Assembly (NCBI GenBank): GCA_903944925.1
Contig: CAJATU010000093.1
Span: 26,485 to 90,484, forward strand
Direction of reading: 5' to 3'
Length of the DNA stretch: 64,000 nt
DNA from: an uncultured Rhodopila sp.
Lineage (GTDB): Bacteria > Pseudomonadota > Alphaproteobacteria > Acetobacterales > Acetobacteraceae
Made by a program: the position numbers and the translations under genes
The notes under the pieces: model-generated
Told to the model about the DNA's origin: nothing
What the model saw: only the letters and a program-made list of their open reading frames with translations
Databases searched by the model: none
Shown here: one piece after another, positions 21,729 through 30,916 of the stretch
How positions within the stretch are numbered: position 1 is the stretch's first letter
Layout of the letters: each line of letters starts with the position of its first letter

Positions 21729-22747
21729 GGCGAGCGCCGGGAACGAGGGGACGGATTACCGCCGCCCGTTCCCTCGGGCGGTGGCGGACGCCATCAAACG
21801 GCAGGTTGAGCGCCGGACGCAAGCGCCGGGCGGCCTGCCGGCGAGACCAGGATCGACACGGTGATTTGTTACTTAAGCCCGCCGGTCCGGGCGCGGTGCC
21901 GGCACGACGCCAGACGATTGGCGGGGTATGCGAAGACATTGAAACGGGTTGGGCGGTGCCCGGGGGTAATTCGATAAGTGTATGAAATAGCTTCGCTTGG
22001 CGGGGAGGTGGCCCTGCGGCGCGGGTGATATTGCAGGGCACGTGCCTTCCGTTTCAGCAATGTCTGCCCAGCGACAGCCCATACTCAGATTTTCAGCCAC
22101 CCCGGCTAATTCTTGGTGTAGCGTCTCACTATGGACAAAAGCCAGGGAACGAAAACGGCACACGTTAACCATTCTTTAAGACTATCCGTGTATTCAGGAT
22201 ACCTTGCCGCGATTGGTCGCCATGCCGGGCGCGGCGTGTGGAGGCGCTGATGATGCACCCGGGAGACACGACCCCGCCGCTCTGCCGCCGCTCCCTCGGC
22301 GGCAACCCGGACGATCGTCTGCCCGGTGCCACTTGCTCACCTCAGCGCGGCGCCCAATATCCGGTTACGCGCCATGCCCGTTTGGTTTCTCGCAGTTGCG
22401 ATGCGAATTTTCTTGAGTTCATCCGCGCTGGCTTTCACTATTCGGTGATCGTGCGCGACGGTGCTTCCAGGGTGGCCGCTGGCGTCTGCTTCCACGGCCC
22501 TGTTGCTCGCAAGACTTCGCGACAGCTCCTGCGTGTGCGGTTGCACAGGGAAATGATGCGCGGCGCCTCAACCCAATCCCGCCAGTTCCGGTTCCGAACC
22601 GGCGACCGGAGGATCGATGCCGGAGAGTCCAAAAACCGCCTACCCCGAGATGACGATGAACGCCCTGACCGCGAAGGTTCTTTGATGCGACTCGCCAAAA
22701 ACATTCCCGCGAAGCTACCCTCTTACGCTACGATTGCACCCATCTTG

Positions 22748-22763
22748 CATGCATAGATGCATG
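22748..22763. promoter_or_regulatory. Perfect 7-2-7 inverted repeat CATGCAT-ag-ATGCATG upstream of prkA
   Basis: Read directly. It is centred about 53 nt upstream of the prkA ATG (22809), inside a lower-GC stretch. Candidate operator. Confidence 0.3.
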
Positions 22764-22808
22764 TGACGCCGGCACAGCGTGGCATCACCCTTAACACAGG
22801 AGCGGCCG

Positions 22809-24755
22809 ATGCAGACGGTCGATGACATTTTCACCGCCTACGCGCGCAGCTTCGAAAGCAGCCGCGAAGCCGAGATGTCGTTGTCGGAATACCTGGACGC
22901 CTGCCGTGCAGACCCGATGGTCTACGCGACGGCGACCGAACGCCTTCTCGCCGCGATCGGTGAGCCGGACATGGTCGATACATCGAAGGACGCCCGGCTC
23001 GGCCGGATCTTCATGAATCGCACCATCCGCGCCTACCCCGCGTTCAGCGAATTCTACGGCATGGAAGAGACGATCGAACGCATCGTCGGCTTCCTTCGTC
23101 ACGCCGCCCAGGGCCTGGAAGAACGCAAGCAGATCATGTACTTGCTCGGGCCTGTCGGCGGCGGCAAGTCATCGCTGGCGGAACGGTTGAAGGCGTTGAT
23201 GGAAACCTATCCCATCTACGTGCTCAAGGCCGGCGATAATCTCAGCCCGGTATTTGAAAGCCCGCTCGGCCTGTTCGACCCGGATCGCATGGGCGCCGTC
23301 CTGGAAGACCGCTACGGCATTCCGCGCCGCCGGCTGACCGGCCTGATGAGCCCGTGGTGCATCAAGCGCCTCGACGAGTTCAACGGCGACATCTCCAAGT
23401 TCCGCGTCCAGAAGCTCATGCCCTCGCGCCTGCGGCAGATCGGCATTGCCAAGACCGAACCGGGCGATGAGAACAACCAGGATATCTCCTCGCTGGTTGG
23501 CAAGGTCGATATCCGCAAGCTGGAATTGCACTCGCAGAACGATCCCGACGCCTACAGCTACTCGGGCGGCCTGAACCGGGCCAACCAGGGCATGCTCGAA
23601 TTCGTCGAAATGTTCAAAGCGCCGATTAAGATGCTGCATCCGCTGCTGACGGCGACGCAGGAAGGAAATTATATCGGGACGGAGAACATTGGTGCCATTC
23701 CCTTCCAAGGGATCATCATGGCCCACTCCAATGAATCGGAGTGGCAAGCGTTCAAGAACAACAAGAACAACGAAGCCTTCATCGACCGCATCTACGTGAT
23801 CAAGGTGCCGTATTGCCTGCGGGTCACCGAAGAGCAGAAGATTTACGAAAAACTGGTCTCACGCTCGGAACTCGGGCAGGCGCCCTGCGCACCGGCAACC
23901 TTGGAGATGCTGGCCAGGTTCTCCGTCCTGTCCCGGCTGAAACGGCACGAAAATTCGACGCTATATGCCAAGATGCGGGTCTATGACGGCGAAAGCCTGA
24001 AGGAAACCGATCCGCGGGCCCGCAGCCTGCAGGAATACAAGGACACGGCGGGTGTCGAGGAAGGCATGGATGGCGCGTCCACCCGTTTCGCCTTCAAAGT
24101 GCTGGCCGCGACGTTCAACCACGACACGACTGAAATCGCGGCCGATCCGGTGCATTTGATGTATGTGCTGGAGCAATCGATCCGCCGCGACCAAATGCCG
24201 CAGGATACCGAGAAACGTTACCTTGAGTTCATCAAGGGCGAGCTGGCGCCTCGTTACGCAGAGTTTATCGGTAATGAGATCCAGAAGGCTTATCTCGAAT
24301 CCTACCACGACTACGGTCAGAACCTGTTCGATCGCTATGTGTCCTATGCGGACGCATGGATTGAGGACATTGACTTCAAGGACGCTGACACGGGTCAGTT
24401 GCTGAACCGCGAACTGCTCAACCAGGAATTGACGAAGGTTGAGAAGCCGGCGGGGATCGCCAACCCGAAGGACTTCCGTAACGAGGTGGTGAAATTCTGC
24501 TTGCGTGCCCGGGCGAACAACAATGGGAAAAATCCGTCCTGGACCAGCTATGAGAAGATCCGCGACGTGATCGAACGGCGTATGTTCAGCCAGGTCGAGG
24601 AATTGCTGCCGGTGATCAGCTTCGGCTCGAAGAAGGACAGTGATACCGAAAAGAAACACACGGAGTTTGTCGATCGCATGACCGCCCGCGGATATACGGA
24701 ACGGCAGGTCAGACGGCTCGTAGAGTGGTATATGCGCGTGAAGCAGGCGGGCTGA
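22809..24755 (+). CDS. prkA: PrkA-family serine protein kinase (YeaG-like AAA+ / kinase)
   Basis: MQTVDDIFTAYARSFE...; Walker A LLGPVGGGKSSLAERLK; high similarity along the length to PrkA/YeaG; GGAG lies 7 nt upstream of the ATG. Confidence 0.9.
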   Translation: MQTVDDIFTAYARSFESSREAEMSLSEYLDACRADPMVYATATERLLAAIGEPDMVDTSKDARLGRIFMNRTIRAYPAFSEFYGMEETIERIVGFLRHAAQGLEERKQIMYLLGPVGGGKSSLAERLKALMETYPIYVLKAGDNLSPVFESPLGLFDPDRMGAVLEDRYGIPRRRLTGLMSPWCIKRLDEFNGDISKFRVQKLMPSRLRQIGIAKTEPGDENNQDISSLVGKVDIRKLELHSQNDPDAYSYSGGLNRANQGMLEFVEMFKAPIKMLHPLLTATQEGNYIGTENIGAIPFQGIIMAHSNESEWQAFKNNKNNEAFIDRIYVIKVPYCLRVTEEQKIYEKLVSRSELGQAPCAPATLEMLARFSVLSRLKRHENSTLYAKMRVYDGESLKETDPRARSLQEYKDTAGVEEGMDGASTRFAFKVLAATFNHDTTEIAADPVHLMYVLEQSIRRDQMPQDTEKRYLEFIKGELAPRYAEFIGNEIQKAYLESYHDYGQNLFDRYVSYADAWIEDIDFKDADTGQLLNRELLNQELTKVEKPAGIANPKDFRNEVVKFCLRARANNNGKNPSWTSYEKIRDVIERRMFSQVEELLPVISFGSKKDSDTEKKHTEFVDRMTARGYTERQVRRLVEWYMRVKQAG

Positions 24756-24794
24756 GAATGCCCGCCGAACCTGGAAAGGTGTCACAGGCACGTT

Positions 24795-26102
24795 ATGCAC
24801 ATCGTTGACCGCCGCCTGAACCCGAGTGGAAAAAATCTCGCCAACCGGCAACGCTTCATGCGGCGTGCCAAGCAGCAGATCCGCAAGGCCGTGCATGAAA
24901 GTGCGGGAAGCCGCAGCATCAAGGACGCCGACGAGGGCGGCGAAGTGGTGCTGCCCGCGCAGGGCGTGCATGAACCGTCGTTCCGCCGCAGCAGCAGCGG
25001 CGGAATCCGGGATCACCTGTTGCCGGGCAATAAGGAATACATCGCGGGCGATACGATCGCCCGTCCGCCCGGCGGCGGGGGTGGCAGCGGTTCGGAAGGC
25101 AGCCCGGACGGTGAGGGCGAGGACGATTTCCGCTTCGCCCTCTCCCGCGAGGAATTCGTCGACCTGTTCCTTGAGGACCTGGAGCTGCCCGACCTGGCCA
25201 AGCGCCGGGTCGTCAATGCCGAAGCCGTGGTGTTTCACCGCGCCGGCTATTCCGTCAGCGGTTCGCCGGCCAATCTGGCGCTCAACCGGACGGTACGGAA
25301 CAGCCTGTCGCGCCGCATCGCGTTGCGCCGCCCGAAGGCCGAAGAGCTGCAGGCGCTGAAGGACGAAATCGAGGCACTCAGTGACGGTTCGGATGAACCG
25401 CGCCGGATCGCGCTTGAGGAAGAATTGCTGCGCAAGCAGCGCCGCACCGGCCTGATCCCGTATATCGATCCGCTGGACGTTCGCTACAAGCGGTTCGAAG
25501 CGATGCCGAAGCCGGTCGCCCAGGCGGTGATGTTCTGCCTGATGGACGTGTCCGGCTCGATGACCGAGCACATGAAGGACCTGGCGAAGCGGTTCTATGT
25601 GTTGCTGTATATCTTCCTGAAGCGCCGTTACAAAAACGTCGATGTGGTGTTCATTCGCCATACGCACCAGGCGTCCGAAGTCGACGAAGACACCTTCTTC
25701 AACAGCCCGGAAACCGGCGGCACCGTGGTGTCCACCGCGCTGGAGGAGATGCAGCGCGTCATCGTCGAACGCTACAGCCCGGACAACTGGAATATCTACG
25801 CAGCCCAGGCCTCGGACGGCGACAACACCGCCAGCGACAACGACAAGACCGCCGCCCTGCTGACCAAGGTGCTGCTGCCGGCCTGCCAATACTACGCCTA
25901 CCTGGAAGTCGGCCGCGATTCCGAGCACTTCCCGCCGGGCTTCATCCGCCGGGACAGCGATCTGTGGCAGACCTACTCGACCATCATCCGCAACGGCGCG
26001 CCCATGGCGATGCGGAAAGTCGGCCACCGGCGTGACATCTACCCGGTGTTCCGGGAACTGTTCGCTAAAAAGAACCAAGGCGCGGAGGCACACGCCGAAT
26101 GA
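24795..26102 (+). CDS. yeaH: YeaH/YhbH-family protein (DUF444)
   Basis: MHIVDRRLNPSGKNLANRQRFMRRAK... is the canonical DUF444 N-terminus. The vWA-like region contains MFCLMDVSGSM. Confidence 0.88.
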   Translation: MHIVDRRLNPSGKNLANRQRFMRRAKQQIRKAVHESAGSRSIKDADEGGEVVLPAQGVHEPSFRRSSSGGIRDHLLPGNKEYIAGDTIARPPGGGGGSGSEGSPDGEGEDDFRFALSREEFVDLFLEDLELPDLAKRRVVNAEAVVFHRAGYSVSGSPANLALNRTVRNSLSRRIALRRPKAEELQALKDEIEALSDGSDEPRRIALEEELLRKQRRTGLIPYIDPLDVRYKRFEAMPKPVAQAVMFCLMDVSGSMTEHMKDLAKRFYVLLYIFLKRRYKNVDVVFIRHTHQASEVDEDTFFNSPETGGTVVSTALEEMQRVIVERYSPDNWNIYAAQASDGDNTASDNDKTAALLTKVLLPACQYYAYLEVGRDSEHFPPGFIRRDSDLWQTYSTIIRNGAPMAMRKVGHRRDIYPVFRELFAKKNQGAEAHAE

Positions 26103-27667
26103 GCAGCACCCTGATCCGGGCGGAACGCCCGCTATTCGAAGGAGCCGACTGGGAATTCAGCACGATCCAGCGTTGCCACGACGAGATTTCGAAAATCGCC
26201 CTCGGCGAGATGGGTCTGGATATCTACACCAACCAGATCGAGGTCATCGGCACCGAGCAGATGCTCGACGCCTATTCCTCCATCGGCATGCCGCTGTTTT
26301 ACAAGCACTGGTCGTTCGGCAAGCATTTCGCCCGCAACGAAGCCATGTACCAGGCCGGCATGCAGGGCCTGGCGTATGAGATCGTCATCAATTCGAACCC
26401 GTGCATCAGCTACATCATGGAAGAAAATACCGCCATGATGCAGACGCTGGTGATCGCTCACGCGGCGTTCGGGCATAACCACTTCTTCAAGAACAATTAT
26501 CTGTTCCAGCAGTGGACCGATGCCAACGGCATCCTGGATTATCTGGAATTCGCGCGCGACTACATCATGTCGTGCGAGGAACGCTACGGCGAGGTTGCGG
26601 TGGAGCGCCTGCTCGACGCCGCCCATGCGCTCATGAGCCACGCGGTGCACAAATATCCGCGCAAGCGGACAGCCGATCTCCGGTCAGAGGAAAAGCGCGA
26701 ACGCGAACGCCGCGAACACGATGAAAAGGTGTTCAACGACCTGTGGCGCACCGTCCCCGGCAAGGACAACGCCAAGAACAACCCGACCGCCGAGGAGCAG
26801 CGCAAGGCGATCCTGCAACTGCCGCAGGAAAATATCCTGTACTTCATGGAAAAAACCGCCCCGAGGCTGGCGCCCTGGCAGCGGGAAGTGCTGCGGATCG
26901 TGCGCATCATCGCGCAATATTTCTATCCGCAGTCGCAGACCAAGGTGATGAACGAAGGCTGCGCCACCTATACGCACTACGAGATCATGAACCGGCTGCA
27001 CGCCAAGGGCCTGCTGACCGACGGCGCCATGGTGGAGTTCCTGTCGTCACACACAAACGTCGTGTTCCAACCGGAATTCGATGACCGCCGCTATTCGGGG
27101 CTGAATCCCTACGCGCTCGGCTTTGCCATGATGCAGGACATCGAACGCATCTGCAAAACCCCGACGGCTGAGGACAAGCAGTGGTTCCCGCACATCGCCG
27201 GCTGCAACGACCACATGAACGTGCTGCGCGACGTCTGGGCAAACTACCGCGACGAAAGCTTCATCTTGCAATATCTCAGCCCCAAGCTGGTGCGGCAGTT
27301 CGGCCTGTTCCACGTGATGGACGACTCGAATGAACCGAACCTGCGGGTCGAGGCGATCCACGACGAACGCGGCTACCGCAAGATCAAGCAGGCGCTGGCC
27401 AAGCAATACGATATCTCCTGGACCTCGGCCGACATCCAGGTGGTGGACGTCAACTTGGCCGGCGATCGCAAGCTGATCCTGCACCACCGCGCGCTGAACC
27501 GCGTGCTGCTGGAGGAAAAAGACGCCCGCCAGGTGCTGCAACATCTGGCCGATCTCTGGGGCTACGACGTGCTGATGAAGGAAGTCGACCCGGGCACCGA
27601 AGCCGTGTTGAAGGAGCATGCCGCCTCCCCCCGCCCCGGCATCGTGAAGGTGGAGCCGGCGGCTTAA
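26099..27667 (+). CDS. spoVR: SpoVR-family protein
   Basis: 522 aa with conserved SpoVR blocks (AYEIVINSNPCISYIMEENT, HAAFGHNHFFKNN, MNEGCATYTHY). It overlaps the yeaH stop. Confidence 0.88.
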   Translation: MSSTLIRAERPLFEGADWEFSTIQRCHDEISKIALGEMGLDIYTNQIEVIGTEQMLDAYSSIGMPLFYKHWSFGKHFARNEAMYQAGMQGLAYEIVINSNPCISYIMEENTAMMQTLVIAHAAFGHNHFFKNNYLFQQWTDANGILDYLEFARDYIMSCEERYGEVAVERLLDAAHALMSHAVHKYPRKRTADLRSEEKRERERREHDEKVFNDLWRTVPGKDNAKNNPTAEEQRKAILQLPQENILYFMEKTAPRLAPWQREVLRIVRIIAQYFYPQSQTKVMNEGCATYTHYEIMNRLHAKGLLTDGAMVEFLSSHTNVVFQPEFDDRRYSGLNPYALGFAMMQDIERICKTPTAEDKQWFPHIAGCNDHMNVLRDVWANYRDESFILQYLSPKLVRQFGLFHVMDDSNEPNLRVEAIHDERGYRKIKQALAKQYDISWTSADIQVVDVNLAGDRKLILHHRALNRVLLEEKDARQVLQHLADLWGYDVLMKEVDPGTEAVLKEHAASPRPGIVKVEPAA

Positions 27668-27796
27668 GGAAGGTCGGGGCGCTGCCCCGAACCCCGCCAA
27701 GGGCCGGCGGCCCTTGGAACCCTCGACTTAAAGTTAATGGGATCAAAGGGGCCACTGCCCCTTTGCGGGTCCAGGGCAGCGCCCTGGCCTTCCTTA
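27665..27796. repeat. 132-bp nested palindromic intergenic element (four GC-rich hairpins, terminal inverted repeat TAAGGAAGG/CCTTCCTTA)
   Basis: Hairpins lie at 27675-27689, 27697-27717, 27744-27765 and 27771-27787. The left and right halves are imperfect reverse complements around an AT-rich core (27718-27743). The two terminal TAA triplets are the stop codons of the convergent spoVR and M16 genes. Confidence 0.7.
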
Positions 27797-30511
27797 CGGT
27801 CCCCGCACAACCTGCGCGAGATCACCGGGGCGCAGCCACGTGGCGAAGGCGTGTTGGATATCGGCGGCGGTGATGTTGAGATAGTGGGCCGCCAGGGTCT
27901 GCTCGTCGTCGAACGGCAGCCCGAGGTCGGACAGGCGCAGGTATTGGCCGGCGATGCCGCCGATGCTGTCGCGCTGCATCGGTATCCGGCGCAATTGCTC
28001 GGCCTTGGCGCGGTTCAGGTCGCCCTCGCTGACCGGGTTTGCCTGCATATCCTTGATATCCCGCACCACCAACTGCCTGGCCTTGTCGACGTTTTCGCCA
28101 TCGGCGCCGAACGCCACGGCATAGTCGCCGCGGGTGCGCGACCAGTCCAGTTGGCTGCTGACGGAGTAGACATAGCCGGTCTTGATCCGCAGATCGCGGT
28201 ACAGCCGGGAGGAAAAGCCGCTGCCCAGGATGACGTTACCCAGCATCAGCGGATAGCGGTCCGGGCTGGCCACCGGCAGTTCCACCGTCTCGGCCAGATA
28301 CACGCTGTCCTGCAAGGTGCTGCTGTCCCGCACGCGCGCCTGCGAAGGCTTGTTCGGCCCGACAGGCGGCAGTTCGATCGCCGGAGTCGGGCCTTCGCCA
28401 TGCCAGCCGCCGAACGTCGCCGCGACGACCCGCCGCGCCTGCTCCGGCGTCACATCGCCGAGCACGATGATGGTGGTCAGGTCGGGGCGGAACGTGGCGT
28501 CGTAATAGGCCTTGATATCCGTCGGTTGCAGCGCCGTCACCGATTCCGGTGTCGGCTCACGCAAGGTGGGATCGCCCTCCGGCATGATGGCCCGCTTCAC
28601 CGCCTGCTGGAACAGGTAGTTGGGCGAATGCAGCAAGCCGGCAACGCTGCGGGCGAACTGCGAGCGAACCACCTCGAACGCCTGGTCGGGAAACGCCGGA
28701 TGCAACTGGTTTTCCGCCAGCAGTTTCATGCCCTGCTCGAAATCGGGTGTCAGGACTCGCAGCGAGAAGTTCGGACCGGTTTCGACCCGGGCGGCGATAT
28801 CGTCAACCGCCTCGCGAAACGCCAGACGGTCGCGCGTGGCGGTGCCATACTCGAACAGCCCGCTGGTGACGGAGGCGACGCCTTCCTTCCCGGGTGGCTC
28901 CTGTATCGCCGGGACCTCGCGCACGCGGCCGTAGACCGAGACGGTGTGGCTGACATGTTCCGGCTGGACGATCAGGCGCAGCCCGTTCGGCAGCACGCTG
29001 ATATCGGGCTTCTCACCGAGGTCGGGCAGATGCAGGCTGGCCAGCGCGGTGGAGGCCCAGTCCGGCAGCGTGACCGGATGATCCGGCGTGCTGGCAAACG
29101 ATTCCGCCCCGCCGAACCCTGATCCGCCGATCGGCTTGCCGGAGTCCCGCGGCATGAGGATCGCGGTCACGGCGTGGTCGGGTGCCAGCAGAACACGCGC
29201 CAGACGGTTGACGTCCTCCACCGTGACGGCGTTGTAGGCGTGCGCGATGTCCTCGGGCGACTCCGCGTTCTCGAAGGCCAGCGCCCGGGACCAGTTTCCG
29301 GCCAGGCCCTGGATGCTGTTGGCGGCGAAGGCGAGTTCGGCGATTTCCTGCCGCTTGGCCGCCGCGACCAGTTCCGGGGAGACGCCGTTCTGCGCCGCCT
29401 CGGCGACGACCCGCCGGACATCGGCCAGCACGGGGGCGGGATCTTCGGCCGAGGGGAAGGCTGCGTATGCCATGCCGAAGCCGACATCGGGCTTCGCCTG
29501 GTAATTGAACTGCGCCATCAGCGCCTTGCCGGCCGGCACCAGGCCATACAAGGCGCCGCGCTCGCTGCTCAGAACGTCGGACAGGATGTCGGCGGCGGCG
29601 AAGTCGGACTGCTTGAGGCCGGGCATGCGATAGGCGATGGTGACCAGGCCGACGGGGAAATTGGTGTCCAAATTCAAGGTCTTGGGTTCCACCGGCTGCA
29701 CCGCGAAGGCAGCGTGTGCCGGCACCGGGCGGCTTGGGATGTCGCCAAACGCGGCCTTGGCCTTGGCCAGCGCATCATCCGGCTGGACATCCCCGGCGAT
29801 CACCAGGATCGCGTTGTTCGGCGCGTACCAGGTTTCGTAGAAGCGCCGGATCAGCGCGGCGTCGGTCTTCTCGAACGACGGACGGGTGCCGAGCGCGTCG
29901 TGCTGGTAGGGCGTCCCCTGGAACAAAATCGCCTGCGCCTGCGTCAGGTAGTTGTAGACCGGGCTGGACAGGTCGCGCGACACTTCCTGGTCGATGGCGC
30001 CGCGTTCCTGCTCCCAATCGGCCTGGCTCAGGGTCAGGCCATGCATGCGCAGCGCCTCGATCCGCAGCGCGACGCTCAGGTCATCAGCGGGTACAGTATA
30101 AATGTACTGCGTGACGGTTTCGGTCGTGTCGGCGTTGTAGACGCCACCCAACAGGGCGCCGATTTCGGCGAGCTGGTCGCGGTCCAGGCCCTGGCTGCCG
30201 CGGAACATCATGTGCTCCAGCGCATGCGCTGTGCCGGGAAAGCCCTCCGGCGCGTCGTTCGATCCGGCGAGGTAGTTCATCTCGGTGGTGACCACGGGGG
30301 CGAGACGATCCGGAATGACGACGACACGCAGGCCGTTGGACAGGGTGGCGCGCAACACGCCGCCCGGCACGCTACCGGACAAACCGGCCGGTTCGGCGGC
30401 GCCGCACGGGACGGAAGCCGCGGCCAGCACAAGGGCTGCCGCCCAGATACGCAAACGATGTTTCACAGAGCGCTCCGCTTCATCCCCGGGGCCCAGAGTA
30501 TGCCGATGCAA
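27794..30511 (-). CDS. M16-family (pitrilysin/insulinase-like) zinc peptidase, double-module, secreted
   Basis: 905 aa with the inverted zinc motif HALEHMMFRGS and two M16 active/inactive domain pairs. The signal-like segment is RIWAAALVLAAASVPCGAA. A GTG at 30466 (VKHRLRIW) is an alternative start. Confidence 0.85.
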   Translation of the reverse strand: MHRHTLGPGDEAERSVKHRLRIWAAALVLAAASVPCGAAEPAGLSGSVPGGVLRATLSNGLRVVVIPDRLAPVVTTEMNYLAGSNDAPEGFPGTAHALEHMMFRGSQGLDRDQLAEIGALLGGVYNADTTETVTQYIYTVPADDLSVALRIEALRMHGLTLSQADWEQERGAIDQEVSRDLSSPVYNYLTQAQAILFQGTPYQHDALGTRPSFEKTDAALIRRFYETWYAPNNAILVIAGDVQPDDALAKAKAAFGDIPSRPVPAHAAFAVQPVEPKTLNLDTNFPVGLVTIAYRMPGLKQSDFAAADILSDVLSSERGALYGLVPAGKALMAQFNYQAKPDVGFGMAYAAFPSAEDPAPVLADVRRVVAEAAQNGVSPELVAAAKRQEIAELAFAANSIQGLAGNWSRALAFENAESPEDIAHAYNAVTVEDVNRLARVLLAPDHAVTAILMPRDSGKPIGGSGFGGAESFASTPDHPVTLPDWASTALASLHLPDLGEKPDISVLPNGLRLIVQPEHVSHTVSVYGRVREVPAIQEPPGKEGVASVTSGLFEYGTATRDRLAFREAVDDIAARVETGPNFSLRVLTPDFEQGMKLLAENQLHPAFPDQAFEVVRSQFARSVAGLLHSPNYLFQQAVKRAIMPEGDPTLREPTPESVTALQPTDIKAYYDATFRPDLTTIIVLGDVTPEQARRVVAATFGGWHGEGPTPAIELPPVGPNKPSQARVRDSSTLQDSVYLAETVELPVASPDRYPLMLGNVILGSGFSSRLYRDLRIKTGYVYSVSSQLDWSRTRGDYAVAFGADGENVDKARQLVVRDIKDMQANPVSEGDLNRAKAEQLRRIPMQRDSIGGIAGQYLRLSDLGLPFDDEQTLAAHYLNITAADIQHAFATWLRPGDLAQVVRGP

Positions 30512-30529
30512 CGAAGCCGGTCCAGCACG

Positions 30530-30916
30530 TCATGCGGTTGCCGGCACGCGGCGGCGCTCGGCGAACAGCCTGACGGCCTGTTCGATCGCCCGGGCGCCAA
30601 ACGGTTTCGACAGCGCGGGCACACCGGCATAGTCCGGGTCGATCCCATGCAAGGCATTGCCGGTGACAAACACGAACGGTATTCCGCGCGCTTTCAGCGC
30701 ATCGGCCACCGGATAGACCAGCTCGCCCCGCAGGTTGATGTCCAGGAAGGCGCCGTCGAGCGTCTGTTTGGTGCGTTCGATGATGGCAAGCGACTGCGCA
30801 ACCGATCCCGCCGAACCCGCAACCGAGCACCCGAGATCGGCCAGCATGTCCTCCAGCAGCATCACGATCATCGTCTCGTCATCGACGATGAGGATCGAAA
30901 GACGGTGGTTCATCAC
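30530..30916 (-). CDS. Single-domain response regulator (CheY-like receiver)
   Basis: 128 aa with LSILIVDDETMIVMLLEDML..., a conserved Asp in FLDINL, and K in LSKPF. It overlaps the kinase stop by 4 nt. Confidence 0.85.
   Translation of the reverse strand: MMNHRLSILIVDDETMIVMLLEDMLADLGCSVAGSAGSVAQSLAIIERTKQTLDGAFLDINLRGELVYPVADALKARGIPFVFVTGNALHGIDPDYAGVPALSKPFGARAIEQAVRLFAERRRVPATA

Noticed and set aside
22146-22166. GGAAC-N12-CGTT in the folP-prkA spacer
   Set aside because: The spacing is far too short for a -35/-10 pair. It is probably coincidental.
22238-22756. 172-aa ORF in the folP-prkA spacer
   Set aside because: It has no recognisable motif and is Arg-rich. I saw no convincing ribosome-binding site. 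Base composition is patchy rather than showing the codon-position GC pattern of neighbouring genes. It is kept only as part of the unexplained-spacer finding.
22770-22786. Sigma-54-like GGCAC...GGCAT string upstream of prkA
   Set aside because: The GG-to-GC spacing is one nucleotide shorter than the strict -24/-12 geometry (TGGCAC-N5-TTGC). The -12 element reads TGGCAT rather than TTGC.
23961-26093. 710-aa minus-strand ORF antisense to prkA/yeaH
   Set aside because: It is entirely antisense to two strongly recognisable genes. The composition is biased (Arg/Ala/Gly/Val/His) and no domain signature is present.
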